From Paracoccaceae bacterium (lineage in GTDB: Bacteria; Pseudomonadota; Alphaproteobacteria; Rhodobacterales; Rhodobacteraceae): a stretch of DNA of 64,000 nt. Location: NCBI GenBank assembly GCA_020832725.1, contig JAFIEC010000418.1, forward strand, positions 5,518 through 69,517. The letters are read 5' to 3'. A program made the translations under genes and the position numbers. The notes under the pieces are model-generated. The model did not search any database and had not been told where the DNA came from. It saw nothing but the letters and a program-made list of their open reading frames with translations. Every line of letters begins with the position of its first letter. Positions within the stretch are counted from its first letter, which is position 1. Of the stretch, positions 41,232 through 52,586 are shown in pieces.

Positions 41232-41720
41232 TCAGAACGGGATTTCGTCATCCATGTCGGGCGGGCCGCCGCCATAGCCGCCGCGATCATTGCCACGGTC
41301 GCCGCCCCCGCCTCCGCCCCCGCCACTGCCACTGCCACTGCCACTGCCACTGCCGCCACCGTCACCGCCACGCCCGTCCAGCATGGTCAGCGTGCCGCCC
41401 ATTCCGGCCACCACGATATCGGTCGAATAGCGATCCTGCCCGCTCTGGTCCTGCCACTTCCGGGTCTGCAGCGACCCCTCCACATAGACCTTCGACCCCT
41501 TGCGCAGGTATTGCTCGGCCACCCGCACCAGCCCGTCACCACGCAGCACCACATTGTGCCATTCGGTGCGTTCGCGCTGTTCGCCGGTGTTGCGGTCGCG
41601 CCAGCGCTCCGAGGTGGCAATGCGCAGGTTGCACAGCTTGCCGCCATCGGGGAAGGTCCGCACCTCGGGGTCGCGCCCCAGATTGCCCACCAGGATCACC
41701 TTGTTCACCGAACCTGCCAT
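41232..41720 (-). CDS. ssb: Single-stranded DNA-binding protein SSB
   Basis: [23 protein letters not shown]-fold N-terminus, Gly/Ser-rich linker, acidic tip DMDDEIPF. Confidence 0.95.
   Translation of the reverse strand: MAGSVNKVILVGNLGRDPEVRTFPDGGKLCNLRIATSERWRDRNTGEQRERTEWHNVVLRGDGLVRVAEQYLRKGSKVYVEGSLQTRKWQDQSGQDRYSTDIVVAGMGGTLTMLDGRGGDGGGSGSGSGSGSGGGGGGGGDRGNDRGGYGGGPPDMDDEIPF
41322..41351. repeat. Perfect hexanucleotide tandem repeat (GCCACT)x5 inside the ssb linker
   Basis: Read directly. It encodes the (GS)5 part of the SSB disordered linker on the minus strand. Confidence 0.9.
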
Positions 41721-41909
41721 TGCGCCGCTCCCTTCGCGAATCCCGTTTCCACCCGCTTACACCAAGCCTGCGCGATACTCTACAAGACTGGTTAACGATC
41801 CCTGAAGCCCTGACTCCTTGCCGCGCCGCCCGCCCCGGAGGCGCAAACCGCTGGATTCGGCGCGCGTTTCCAGTATCATGTGCGCACGGAAACAACAGGG
41901 GCGGAACCC

Positions 41910-42521
41910 ATGCGACAGACGGCGCGGCGCACGGGACAGGCGCTGGCGGTGCTCTGCCTGGTGGCATCGCCCGCAGCGGCGCAGGGGCTCAACCTTTCGG
42001 GGCAGTCCTCGGCCTCGCGCGCTGATATCCTGCACAACCAGACCCGGCTGATGGACGGTCGGCTGTCGGAACAGTATTCGCGCTCGGACCGGCTGCTGCC
42101 GCCCGGCACCCGCGCCGGGCGCAACGTCGCCATCCCCGCCTATACCGGCCCCCGGACCGGCCCGCATGTCGACCTCGCCCGCGCCGCCGCGCGCCGCCAT
42201 GACCTGCCCGAAGACCTGTTCCTGCGCCTCGTGCATCAGGAAAGCCGCTGGAACCCGGACGCCGTGTCCAGCAAGGGCGCGCTGGGGCTGGCCCAACTGA
42301 TGCCGGAGACGGCGCGGCTTCTGGGCGTGGACCCGCTGGACCCGGCGCAGAACCTCGACGGGGGCGCGCGCTACCTGCGGATGATGTTCGACCGCTTCGG
42401 CGACTGGGAACTGGCGCTGGCGGCGTATAATGCCGGGCCGGGCGCGGTCGATGCCCATGGCGGCATCCCGCCCTTCGCCGAAACGCGCCAGTACGTGCAG
42501 ATCATCCTCGGGTCAGGCTGA
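41910..42521 (+). CDS. Lytic transglycosylase (SLT domain) with signal peptide
   Basis: Catalytic region LVHQESRWNPDAVSSKGALGLAQLMPETA and AAYNAGPGAV. Signal peptide ALAVLCLVASPAAAQG. Confidence 0.85.
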   Translation: MRQTARRTGQALAVLCLVASPAAAQGLNLSGQSSASRADILHNQTRLMDGRLSEQYSRSDRLLPPGTRAGRNVAIPAYTGPRTGPHVDLARAAARRHDLPEDLFLRLVHQESRWNPDAVSSKGALGLAQLMPETARLLGVDPLDPAQNLDGGARYLRMMFDRFGDWELALAAYNAGPGAVDAHGGIPPFAETRQYVQIILGSG

Positions 42522-42543
42522 CCGCCCGGCAACGCGGGCGCCT

Positions 42544-43752
42544 TCACCCCGGCCGGCGCAGGGTCATGTGCACCACGTCGCAATTGCCCGACTGGAACGC
42601 CCCCGCGCAGGAGGTGAGGTAATACTCCCACATGCGGCGAAAGCGCTCGTCATAGCCCAGCGCGGCGATCTGATCCCATTGCTCGTTGAATCGGTCGTTC
42701 CAGCGCCGCAGGGTCTGGCTGTAGCTTTCGGCAAAGCCGAAACTGTCCACCAGCGTCAGCCCCACCTGCGCCGCCTGGCGCCTGAGCGGCGCGACCGCGC
42801 CCAGCATCCCGCCGGGAAAGATGTATTTCTGGATGAAATCGACATGGCGGCGATAGGCCTCGAACCGGTCGTCCGGCACGGTGATGACCTGCAGCGCGGC
42901 GCGCGCACCGGGGCGCAGCCGGTCGTGCAGGGTGCGGAAATAGGCGGGCCAGTAGCGTTCGCCCACTGCCTCGAACATCTCGATCGAGGCGACCCCGTCA
43001 TAGCTGCCGCGCTCGTCGCGATAGTCGCGCAGCACGATCTCCACCCGGTCCGATACCCCCGCCGCCGCCATCCGCGCCACCGCGTAATCATGCTGCGCCT
43101 GGCTGATGGTCAGCCCGGTCACCCGCAGCCCCCGCTCGCGCGCGGCGTATTCGGCAAAGCCGCCCCAGCCGCAGCCGATTTCCAGCACGTGATCCCCCGG
43201 CTTCACCGCCAGCCGGTCCAGAAGCGCGGCGTATTTCTGCTCCTGCGCGCGCTCGAGTGATTCCTGCCCGGTGCGGAACAGCGCCGAGGAATAGGTCATC
43301 GTGTCATCCAGCCACAGCCGGTAGAAATCATTGCCCAGGTCGTAGTGATGGGCGATGTTGCGCCGCGCCTGCCCCTTGCTGTTGGACCGCAGCCAGTGGC
43401 GCAGCCGCTCATAGGCGCGGACCAGCCCCATGGGGAGCACCTCGTCATAGACGCTGGGATTGCCGTCATTGATCAGGTCCATGAAGGCCTGAAGGTCGGG
43501 CGAGGACCACCAACCTTCCAGATAGGCTTCGGAAAACCCCATGTCGCCCTCGCGGATCAGCCGTGCAAACAGGTCGGGGTTGTGGACATGAATCTCGGCC
43601 ACATGGCCGGGATGCGCGCCCTCGGCCCGGAAGCGCCGCCCGTCCGGCAATACCACGTCCAGCCGTCCGCGGTTGAGCCCCTGCGCCATGCGAAAGGCCG
43701 GGGCGAAGTAGCGCGGCAGGTCGTGCTGCCCTTCGGTGCCGGTCAGGATCAT
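42544..43752 (-). CDS. cfa: Cyclopropane-fatty-acyl-phospholipid synthase family SAM methyltransferase
   Basis: 402 aa. SAM motif VLEIGCGWGGFAEYAA, HYDLGNDFY and MTYSSALF motifs. Confidence 0.85.
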   Translation of the reverse strand: MILTGTEGQHDLPRYFAPAFRMAQGLNRGRLDVVLPDGRRFRAEGAHPGHVAEIHVHNPDLFARLIREGDMGFSEAYLEGWWSSPDLQAFMDLINDGNPSVYDEVLPMGLVRAYERLRHWLRSNSKGQARRNIAHHYDLGNDFYRLWLDDTMTYSSALFRTGQESLERAQEQKYAALLDRLAVKPGDHVLEIGCGWGGFAEYAARERGLRVTGLTISQAQHDYAVARMAAAGVSDRVEIVLRDYRDERGSYDGVASIEMFEAVGERYWPAYFRTLHDRLRPGARAALQVITVPDDRFEAYRRHVDFIQKYIFPGGMLGAVAPLRRQAAQVGLTLVDSFGFAESYSQTLRRWNDRFNEQWDQIAALGYDERFRRMWEYYLTSCAGAFQSGNCDVVHMTLRRPG

Positions 43753-43802
43753 CGCCGTTTCCCTGTCTTGGTGCGGACCGGGCCGATGCCTGCCGCTCTG
43801 GT

Positions 43803-43824
43803 CATCATCTGTGCAAAAATATCC
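43803..43824 (-). repeat. 22-nt conserved box, copy B (identical to 31502-31523)
   Basis: Exact CATCATCTGTGCAAAAATATCC. It lies between the phr stop and the cfa start, next to a perfect hairpin. Confidence 0.7.
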
Positions 43825-43870
43825 CGGGGGGAGTCCAGCCCTTCAGGGCTGGACGGGGGGCTGGCCCCCC
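43825..43870 (-). terminator. Rho-independent-terminator-like structure downstream of phr
   Basis: Perfect 9-bp stem GTCCAGCCC-TTCA-GGGCTGGAC (43833-43854) plus GGGGGG-CTGG-CCCCCC. On the minus strand these are followed by GGATATTTTTG. Confidence 0.6.
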
Positions 43871-43896
43871 ACCTGACCCGGCGTCGCTGCACCGCC

Positions 43897-45324
43897 TCAC
43901 GCATCCGCCTTCAGCGCCTCGTAAGCCGCCAGTGCCCGCTTGCGCCCGCTGTCCAGATCGACCAGTGGCGCCGGCGGGGCCATGTCCGGCGCAAGGCCCC
44001 AGGAGCGTGGGCAGGCGTCGAAGAAGGCCAGCGCATCGGCATGCGGCGCGCGCGCCCCCTCGGTCAGGAAGCGGCGGCGATAGCGGGCGTCGGCGTCGAA
44101 CTTGTCGGCCTGGAGCGCGGGGTTGAAGACGCGGAAATAGGGCGCGGCATCGGGGCCGGACCCGGCCACCCACTGCCAGCCCATGGCGTTCGAGGCCGGG
44201 TCCCAGTCGATCAGGCAATCTGCGAACCAGTCCAGCCCCACCTTCCAGTGTACCAGCATGTGCTTGGTCAGATAGGACGCCACGATCATCCGCGCGCGGT
44301 TGTGCATGGTGCCGGTGACATACATCTCGCGCATCGCGGCATCGACGAAGGCCACGCCCGTGCGGCCCTGTTTCCAGCGCCGCACGGCGTCGTTGTCGGC
44401 ATCCATTTTCCAAGGAAAATCAGACCATTCTGGGCGAAAGTTCTCGCGGTCCATGCGCGGATGATGATAGAGCAGATGCCAGGCGAATTCGCGCCAGACC
44501 AGTTCCTTCAGGAAATGCTCGGCGCCGCGTGCGCCGTGCTCCATGGCGCGGCGTCCGGCATGCCAGACCTCCCGAATGCCGATCTCGCCCCAGGTCAGGT
44601 TCTCCGACAGGCGCGATGTAGCCTCGGCATCGGGGAAATCGCGCCGGGTCTTGTAGTCGTCGATGGCGTGGTCGATGAACCGCTCCAGCCGCTCGCGCGC
44701 GGCGTCCTCACCCACGCAGACATGGCGGGCGACCACATCGGCGCCGCGGTTCATGGCTGCGCCAAGAGCCCAGTCGGCAAGGGTATCGCTTGCGGGCCAG
44801 TGCTGCGGGGCCTGCAGCGCCGTGGGGGCAGGGGCAGGGGCAGGCACCGCGCGGTCGCGCACGGCGCGCCAATAGGGGGAATAGACCTTGTACACGCCGC
44901 CGCTGCCGGTTTCGACCTCCCAGGGTTCAAAGAGGACATGCCCGGCAAAGCTGCGCGCGTCGATGCCGCGCTCCTGCAGGGGTTTCTTGATCTTCGCATC
45001 GCGGTCGCGGGTGGCGGCATCATACTGCCGCCCCCACCAGACCGCGCCGGCGCCGGTCTCGGAAACCAGCGCATCCAGCACCGCCGCCGCATCGCCCTGC
45101 CGCAGGATCAGCCGTGTGCCCATGCCCGCCAGCGTTTCGGCGAAGCGCTCCAGCGCCAGCCCCAGCCGCCATTTCGGCGCCGCACCCAGCCCGTCAATCT
45201 GCGGGTCGCGGATGAACACGGGGATCAGCGGGCGGCCGGTCCCGGCGGCCTCGGCCAGCATCGGGTTGTCGGCCAGCCGCAGGTCACGGCGGAACCACAG
45301 GATGATCGGAGACGTGTCGGCCAT
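43897..45324 (-). CDS. phr: Deoxyribodipyrimidine photolyase (CPD photolyase/cryptochrome family)
   Basis: 475 aa. IILWFRRDLRLADNP N-terminus, WREFAWHLLYHHP, GWQWVAGSGPDAAPYFRVFNP FAD-binding motifs. Confidence 0.9.
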   Translation of the reverse strand: MADTSPIILWFRRDLRLADNPMLAEAAGTGRPLIPVFIRDPQIDGLGAAPKWRLGLALERFAETLAGMGTRLILRQGDAAAVLDALVSETGAGAVWWGRQYDAATRDRDAKIKKPLQERGIDARSFAGHVLFEPWEVETGSGGVYKVYSPYWRAVRDRAVPAPAPAPTALQAPQHWPASDTLADWALGAAMNRGADVVARHVCVGEDAARERLERFIDHAIDDYKTRRDFPDAEATSRLSENLTWGEIGIREVWHAGRRAMEHGARGAEHFLKELVWREFAWHLLYHHPRMDRENFRPEWSDFPWKMDADNDAVRRWKQGRTGVAFVDAAMREMYVTGTMHNRARMIVASYLTKHMLVHWKVGLDWFADCLIDWDPASNAMGWQWVAGSGPDAAPYFRVFNPALQADKFDADARYRRRFLTEGARAPHADALAFFDACPRSWGLAPDMAPPAPLVDLDSGRKRALAAYEALKADA

Positions 45325-45344
45325 TCGGTGCCTGTCGGGAGAGA

Positions 45345-46658
45345 TTACAGGACCTGATCTAGCGCGCCGATCAGCCGGTCAAGTTCACCCCGCGACGTAT
45401 AGTGCACAAACGAGAGTCGCAGCACGCCGTGGCCCGGGTCGATCCCCAGTGCCGCCAGCGCCCGGTCGGCATAAAAACTGCCGCCGCCCGCCATGATCCC
45501 GTGCGCGGCCAGCGCGCGGGCCAGATCGGCGCCGGGGCGGGAGTGGGTCAGCGCCACGGTAGGCGCGCGGCCTTCGGCGCGGGCAGGACCCAGAAGGCGC
45601 AGGTCATTGCGCCCGGCCACGTAGTCCAGCAGCGGCTGCAGCAGCGCGGTTTCGTGCCCGCGCATCAGGTCATGCACCGCCGCTGCGCGCCCGGCGGGGC
45701 CGGGGTCCGGGCTTTCGGCGTGATGCGCGCCGTAAAGCGCGTCGATGTAATCCGCGAGCCCGGCGCAGGCAGCGATCTGCGCATGGTCCGGCCCGGCGGG
45801 GGTGAAGCGCTTGGTGGGCGCCTCGGCGTTGAAGTAATGCGCCTGGTTGGGCAGGGCGCGGGCCAGCTCGGGGCGCATGACCATCAGACCCTGATGCGGG
45901 CCATAGGTCTTGTAGGCCGAAAACAGGTAGATATCGGCCTCCAGCGCCCCCACATCCGGCAGCCCGTGCGGCGCATAGGAGACGCCATCGACGCAACTGA
46001 AGGCGCCCGCGTCGCGGATCATGGCGCAGAGCGCGGCCACCGGGTTGATCTCGCCCACAACGTTCGAGCAATGCGGGAAGGCCACAAGCTTCACCCGTTC
46101 GTCCAGCAGGTTCGCCAGCGCGTCCGGGTCCAGATGCCCGGTGTCTGGGTCGAGCGTCCATTCGCGCACCTCGATCCCGCGCGCTGCCAGCCGTCGCCAG
46201 GGGCCGGTGTTGGCCTCGTGGTCCTGATCGGTGACGATGATCGCATCGCCCGGGCGCAGCATGTCGGAGAAGGCCTGCGCCAGCACATAGGTGTTGCCGG
46301 TGGTCGAGGGGCCGAAGCTGAGCGCCTCGGGCGGCACACCCATCATCGCCGACAGCCGGTCGCGGGCCTCGTCCATTTCGGCACCCGCGTCCTGGCTGGC
46401 GGGATAGGCGCCATAGGGCTGCACCTTGCGCATGCGGTAGAAGCGCGTCAGCCGGTCGATCACCGGCGCGCAGGTGTAGGAGCCGCCCGCGTTTTCAAAG
46501 AACGCCTGATCCTGCAGGGATGGTTCGGAAAAGGCAGGAAACTGCGCGCGGACGAAACGCAGGTCGAGGGTCGGGGCGTTGGTCGGGGCGTGGGTCGGGG
46601 CGCGGGGTGTGGCGGGGGGCGTGGCGGCAGAGCCGGTGAGCGGCGGGGGCGTGGTCAT
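45345..46658 (-). CDS. Class V aminotransferase-fold PLP enzyme (cysteine desulfurase/SufS-like family), with a Pro/Thr/Ala-rich N-terminal repeat
   Basis: ATG 46658 is preceded by GGAAGGA. HCSNVVGEINP and SAYKTYGPHQG (PLP-Lys region). Only 20 nt separate it from phr. Confidence 0.75.
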   Translation of the reverse strand: MTTPPPLTGSAATPPATPRAPTHAPTNAPTLDLRFVRAQFPAFSEPSLQDQAFFENAGGSYTCAPVIDRLTRFYRMRKVQPYGAYPASQDAGAEMDEARDRLSAMMGVPPEALSFGPSTTGNTYVLAQAFSDMLRPGDAIIVTDQDHEANTGPWRRLAARGIEVREWTLDPDTGHLDPDALANLLDERVKLVAFPHCSNVVGEINPVAALCAMIRDAGAFSCVDGVSYAPHGLPDVGALEADIYLFSAYKTYGPHQGLMVMRPELARALPNQAHYFNAEAPTKRFTPAGPDHAQIAACAGLADYIDALYGAHHAESPDPGPAGRAAAVHDLMRGHETALLQPLLDYVAGRNDLRLLGPARAEGRAPTVALTHSRPGADLARALAAHGIMAGGGSFYADRALAALGIDPGHGVLRLSFVHYTSRGELDRLIGALDQVL

Positions 46659-46682
46659 GGCGGTCCTTCCTGCGGGCGCGGC

Positions 46683-46714
46683 CGTGTCGGCGTGTGGGCG
46701 TGTGGGCGTGTGGG
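46683..46714. repeat. Tandem 8-bp repeat (CGTGTGGG x3 plus degenerate CGTGTCGG) 25-55 bp upstream of the aminotransferase start
   Basis: Read directly: CGTGTCGG CGTGTGGG CGTGTGGG CGTGTGGG. Confidence 0.85.
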
Positions 46715-46774
46715 CGCGACTGTGCCCGACCGGGCGGCAGATGCAACCCCGTTGGCGCGTGTGGCCGTGGTTGC

Positions 46775-46851
46775 AAAAGCGCCCCCTCAGCGCCCCGCCC
46801 GCCCGCCCATGGCGCTTCGGGGGCGCTGCCCGGCGCAAAGGCGCGCCGGGC
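46775..46851 (-). terminator. Two GC hairpins followed by a T-tract downstream of the SDR remnant
   Basis: The minus strand reads GCCCGGCGC-GCCTTT-GCGCCGGGC, then AGCGCCCCC...GGGGGCGCT followed by TTTTGC. Confidence 0.5.
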
Positions 46852-46861
46852 AAGGGGGCGT

Positions 46862-47479
46862 TCAGCGCCGGACGCCGGCCGAGCCGTCAAGCATGGTGCC
46901 GGCGATGGCGCGTGCGGCATGCGACAGCAGGAAGCGCACCGCCTGAGCGACCGCGTCGGCGTGACTTCGTCGGCGTGACCCGGCCAACCGGTCGCGGTCA
47001 GTCCGGTGCACTGGCGGATGACCTCGGGCGCCGGGGGCGGTCGCGTTGCCCCGAAGTCCGCGCCGACCCAGCGCGCTGGCGCCGCAGAAATTCACCACCA
47101 ATCCGCCGGTCTGCGGATACGGCAGCGCCGCGCCGATCCGCGCCAGCGGCGCCGTCACGTTCACCGCGAACACCTGCCTGGCCAGACCCGGGGCGCATGG
47201 CTCCATCGGCGGTTCGGGCAGGGCTGCTGCGGCATTGTTCACGAACCCGTCCAGCCGCCCGAACCGGTCGATGACGGCGGCGATGATCCCGGCTGCCGGG
47301 GCCGTGGCAAGATCGGCCTGATGGACAAGCGCGTGCGGATGCCGGAACGAAAACACCGCAGCCTCCTCGGCTGCGGTGTTCCAGGTGATGGCGATGTCAT
47401 GGTCCGGCGCCAGACCTTCGGCGATGGCGCGCCCGATCCCGCGCGCGCCGCCAGTTATCAGAATGGCCCGCCGGGCCAC
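46862..47479 (-). pseudogene. Degraded short-chain dehydrogenase/reductase (SDR): ORF still open but the catalytic region is missing
   Basis: TGxxxGxG (ITGGARGIGRA) and NNAA motifs are present. From VVNFCGAS to NATAPG is only ~13 aa instead of the usual ~40, so no Y-x3-K. A 14-bp-period tandem duplication sits at 46953-46980. The middle segment looks more SDR-like in another frame. Confidence 0.5.
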
Positions 47480-47484
47480 CGGCC

Positions 47485-50262
<2,778 letters not shown>

Positions 50263-50482
50263 GGTCTGGCCTCCCATCTGGGTTGCTGATCGGGGAATTC
50301 TGCGCAGGACATGCCTTATTGCGGGGCTTCGATCAAGGGGCTGGCGGCAAAATTGTATACCGTTGTGCACAAAAATCCGTGCAACAGTGTCGCGCAATCG
50401 CGCGCTCTCTCAAAACCTTGATTGGCCGAGGCAGGGATGCTTGGTTAGATACGCTCCACCCGGTCCCAAGAGGCATTCGCGC

Positions 50483-51190
50483 ATGCGTATCCTGCTCAGC
50501 ACTCTCGCCGCGTCCCTTCTGCTGCTGGCGGGTGCCTCCCGGGCCGACGCCTCGGATAACGTGGTGGTGCTGGAACTCTTCACTTCGCAGGGCTGTGCCG
50601 CGTGTCCTCCGGCGGACGAACTGATCGGCGCCTTCGCCGGGCGCGATGACGTTATCGCGCTCAGCCTGCATGTGGATTACTGGGACTATATCGGCTGGGA
50701 AGACAGCTTCGCCGATGCGGTCTTCACCGAACGGCAGAAGCGCTATGCGCGGAGCTGGAACCGGTCCACGGTCTTCACCCCGCAGATCATCATCGGCGGC
50801 ATGGATGAGGCCAAGAGCGCGCGGCGTTCGGTGGTCAACGATCTGCTGGCGGAACACAAGGCCCGCCCCGCGCGGGTGCATCTGTCGATGACCCGGGGCG
50901 AGGGGGGGGCGCTGCGCGTCGAGGCAACGGCCGAGCCGCCGCTGAGTTCCGAGGCGGACGTGGTGCTGATCCGCTACACGCCCCATGCGGCGGTCGAGGT
51001 GACGTCGGGCGAAAACAACGGTCGCCGCCTGACGCACTTCAACGTTGTGACCAGCCTCGAAACCGTGACGCGCTGGGACGGGCAGGGCACGCTGCAGTTG
51101 ACGATTTCGGCGCCCGGGGATGATCCGGCGGTGGTGATGGTGCAGGAAAAGGGGCAGGGCGCGGTGCTGGCGGCGGCGCGCCGGCGCTGA
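50483..51190 (+). CDS. DUF1223-type secreted thioredoxin-fold-like protein
   Basis: Signal peptide, then VVVLELFTSQGCAACPPADELI and HVDYWDYIGWED, characteristic of DUF1223. Confidence 0.7.
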   Translation: MRILLSTLAASLLLLAGASRADASDNVVVLELFTSQGCAACPPADELIGAFAGRDDVIALSLHVDYWDYIGWEDSFADAVFTERQKRYARSWNRSTVFTPQIIIGGMDEAKSARRSVVNDLLAEHKARPARVHLSMTRGEGGALRVEATAEPPLSSEADVVLIRYTPHAAVEVTSGENNGRRLTHFNVVTSLETVTRWDGQGTLQLTISAPGDDPAVVMVQEKGQGAVLAAARRR

Positions 51191-51322
51191 CGGTACGCGT
51201 GCGCTGCCTTGCTCTGCGCGCGCGCCCCGTTTGCCCTGCGCGCGCCCGCGCTGCCCGAACGCGGCGTCCTGCGATGTGCGGCCGTGACGGTTCCGCCCGC
51301 CCGGCGCGCCTGCGCGCCGGGC

Positions 51323-51375
51323 GGCGCCCGCGAAGGGTGCCGGGGCGGGTGGGTGGGGCACCCTGAGCGGGCGCC
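51323..51375 (-). repeat. GC-rich hairpin with the invariant loop (family copy, reverse orientation)
   Basis: The plus strand carries GGGGCGGGTGGGTGGG (51342-51357) between arms GGCGCCCGCGAAGGGTGCC / GGCACCCTGAGCGGGCGCC. Lies downstream of the DMT transporter gene. Confidence 0.8.
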
Positions 51376-51411
51376 TTCCTGCCCCGGGCGGGCGGAGCTT
51401 GATGCCCGGTG

Positions 51412-52329
51412 TCACCCCTGCGGCGTGCCCGCCTTGCTCGGCTTGTCGCGTTCCAGCCCCAGTTGACGCTCGCGCCAGATGATGATGACCCCGGCGGCGA
51501 TGACCAGGCTGGCGCCGAACAGCATCGGCGCGGTCGGCACCTCGGAAAACACCCAGTAGCCGATGGCCAGCGAAAACAGGATCTGCACATAGCCGAAGGG
51601 CGCGATGACCGAGACATCGGCATCGCGGTAGCTCGAGGTCAGGCAGACCTGCCCCAGCCCGCCGAGCAACCCCGCCAGCACCAGAAACGCCGCCGCCTGT
51701 GCCCCGGGGATCACCCAGCCGAAGGGCAGGGTCAGCAGGGACAGCGCGCTGGCGGTGATGGAAAACCAGAACACGATCGCGGGCGTGGTCTCGGTATTGA
51801 CCAGCTTGCGCAGGAACACCTGCGCCAGTGCCACGAAGACCGCCCCCATCAGCACCAGGATGGCGCCCAGCGCCTCGCCGGTGCCGAGGTCCGCATCCAG
51901 GCTCAGGCGGGGCCAGATCACGACCATCACACCCACCATGCCCAGCGCCACGGCGCTCAAACGGAAGGCGCGCACCTGCTCACCCAGGAACATGGCGGCA
52001 AAGACCACGGTCAGAATCGGTGCGGCAAAGCCGATGGCGGTGACCTCGGGCAGCGGCAGGAAGGCCAGCCCGGCGAATCCCAGCCCCATGGCCGCCGTGC
52101 CGATCAGCCCGCGCCAGAAATGGCCCAGCGGGTTGGCGGTCTTCAGCCCGGTCGCAAGTTCCCGCCGCCAGGCCAGCCACAAAAGGATCACCGGCAGCGC
52201 GAAAAAGGAGCGGAAGAACACCGCCTGTCCCGGCGGCACGGTGTCCGAGACCGCCTTGATCAGCGAGGCCATGACGATGAAGAACATCATCGACAGGACC
52301 TTCAGGGCAATGCCGCGCAGCGGGCGCAT
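51412..52329 (-). CDS. DMT superfamily (EamA-like) transporter
   Basis: 305 aa from ATG 52329. Ten hydrophobic segments with two EamA-like halves. Confidence 0.75.
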   Translation of the reverse strand: MRPLRGIALKVLSMMFFIVMASLIKAVSDTVPPGQAVFFRSFFALPVILLWLAWRRELATGLKTANPLGHFWRGLIGTAAMGLGFAGLAFLPLPEVTAIGFAAPILTVVFAAMFLGEQVRAFRLSAVALGMVGVMVVIWPRLSLDADLGTGEALGAILVLMGAVFVALAQVFLRKLVNTETTPAIVFWFSITASALSLLTLPFGWVIPGAQAAAFLVLAGLLGGLGQVCLTSSYRDADVSVIAPFGYVQILFSLAIGYWVFSEVPTAPMLFGASLVIAAGVIIIWRERQLGLERDKPSKAGTPQG

Positions 52330-52467
52330 GACGACTCCATAACTTAACCTGTTCAATACATCCCCATGGTCCGGGAATGGCAACCCCCTGCGCCGCGCAG
52401 GACCTTCTGCATGCGCTTCGCGGGATTGCCTCTGACCCGGCGTGCTGTATCTGTCGGGTGTGGCCAG

Positions 52468-52518
52468 AGCGCCCGCCCGCCGGACCCACCCACCCGCCCC
52501 GTCCGCCGGGCGGGCGCT
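52468..52518 (+). repeat. GC-rich hairpin with the invariant loop (family copy in the sseB leader / divergent promoter region)
   Basis: Arms AGCGCCCGCCCGCCGGAC / GTCCGCCGGGCGGGCGCT flank the exact 16-mer at 52485-52500. Confidence 0.8.
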
Positions 52519-52586
52519 GCCATGTGCCTGCAGGCACATGGCGCGCAGCCGCTTCGGAAGACCACGCCCAGAGCACGGAACCTGCC

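Noticed and set aside
41702-41712. GTTCACCGAAC near the ssb start as a LexA/SOS box
   Set aside because: It is an inverted rather than direct repeat, has the wrong spacing for the alphaproteobacterial GTTC-N7-GTTC box, and lies inside the ssb coding sequence.
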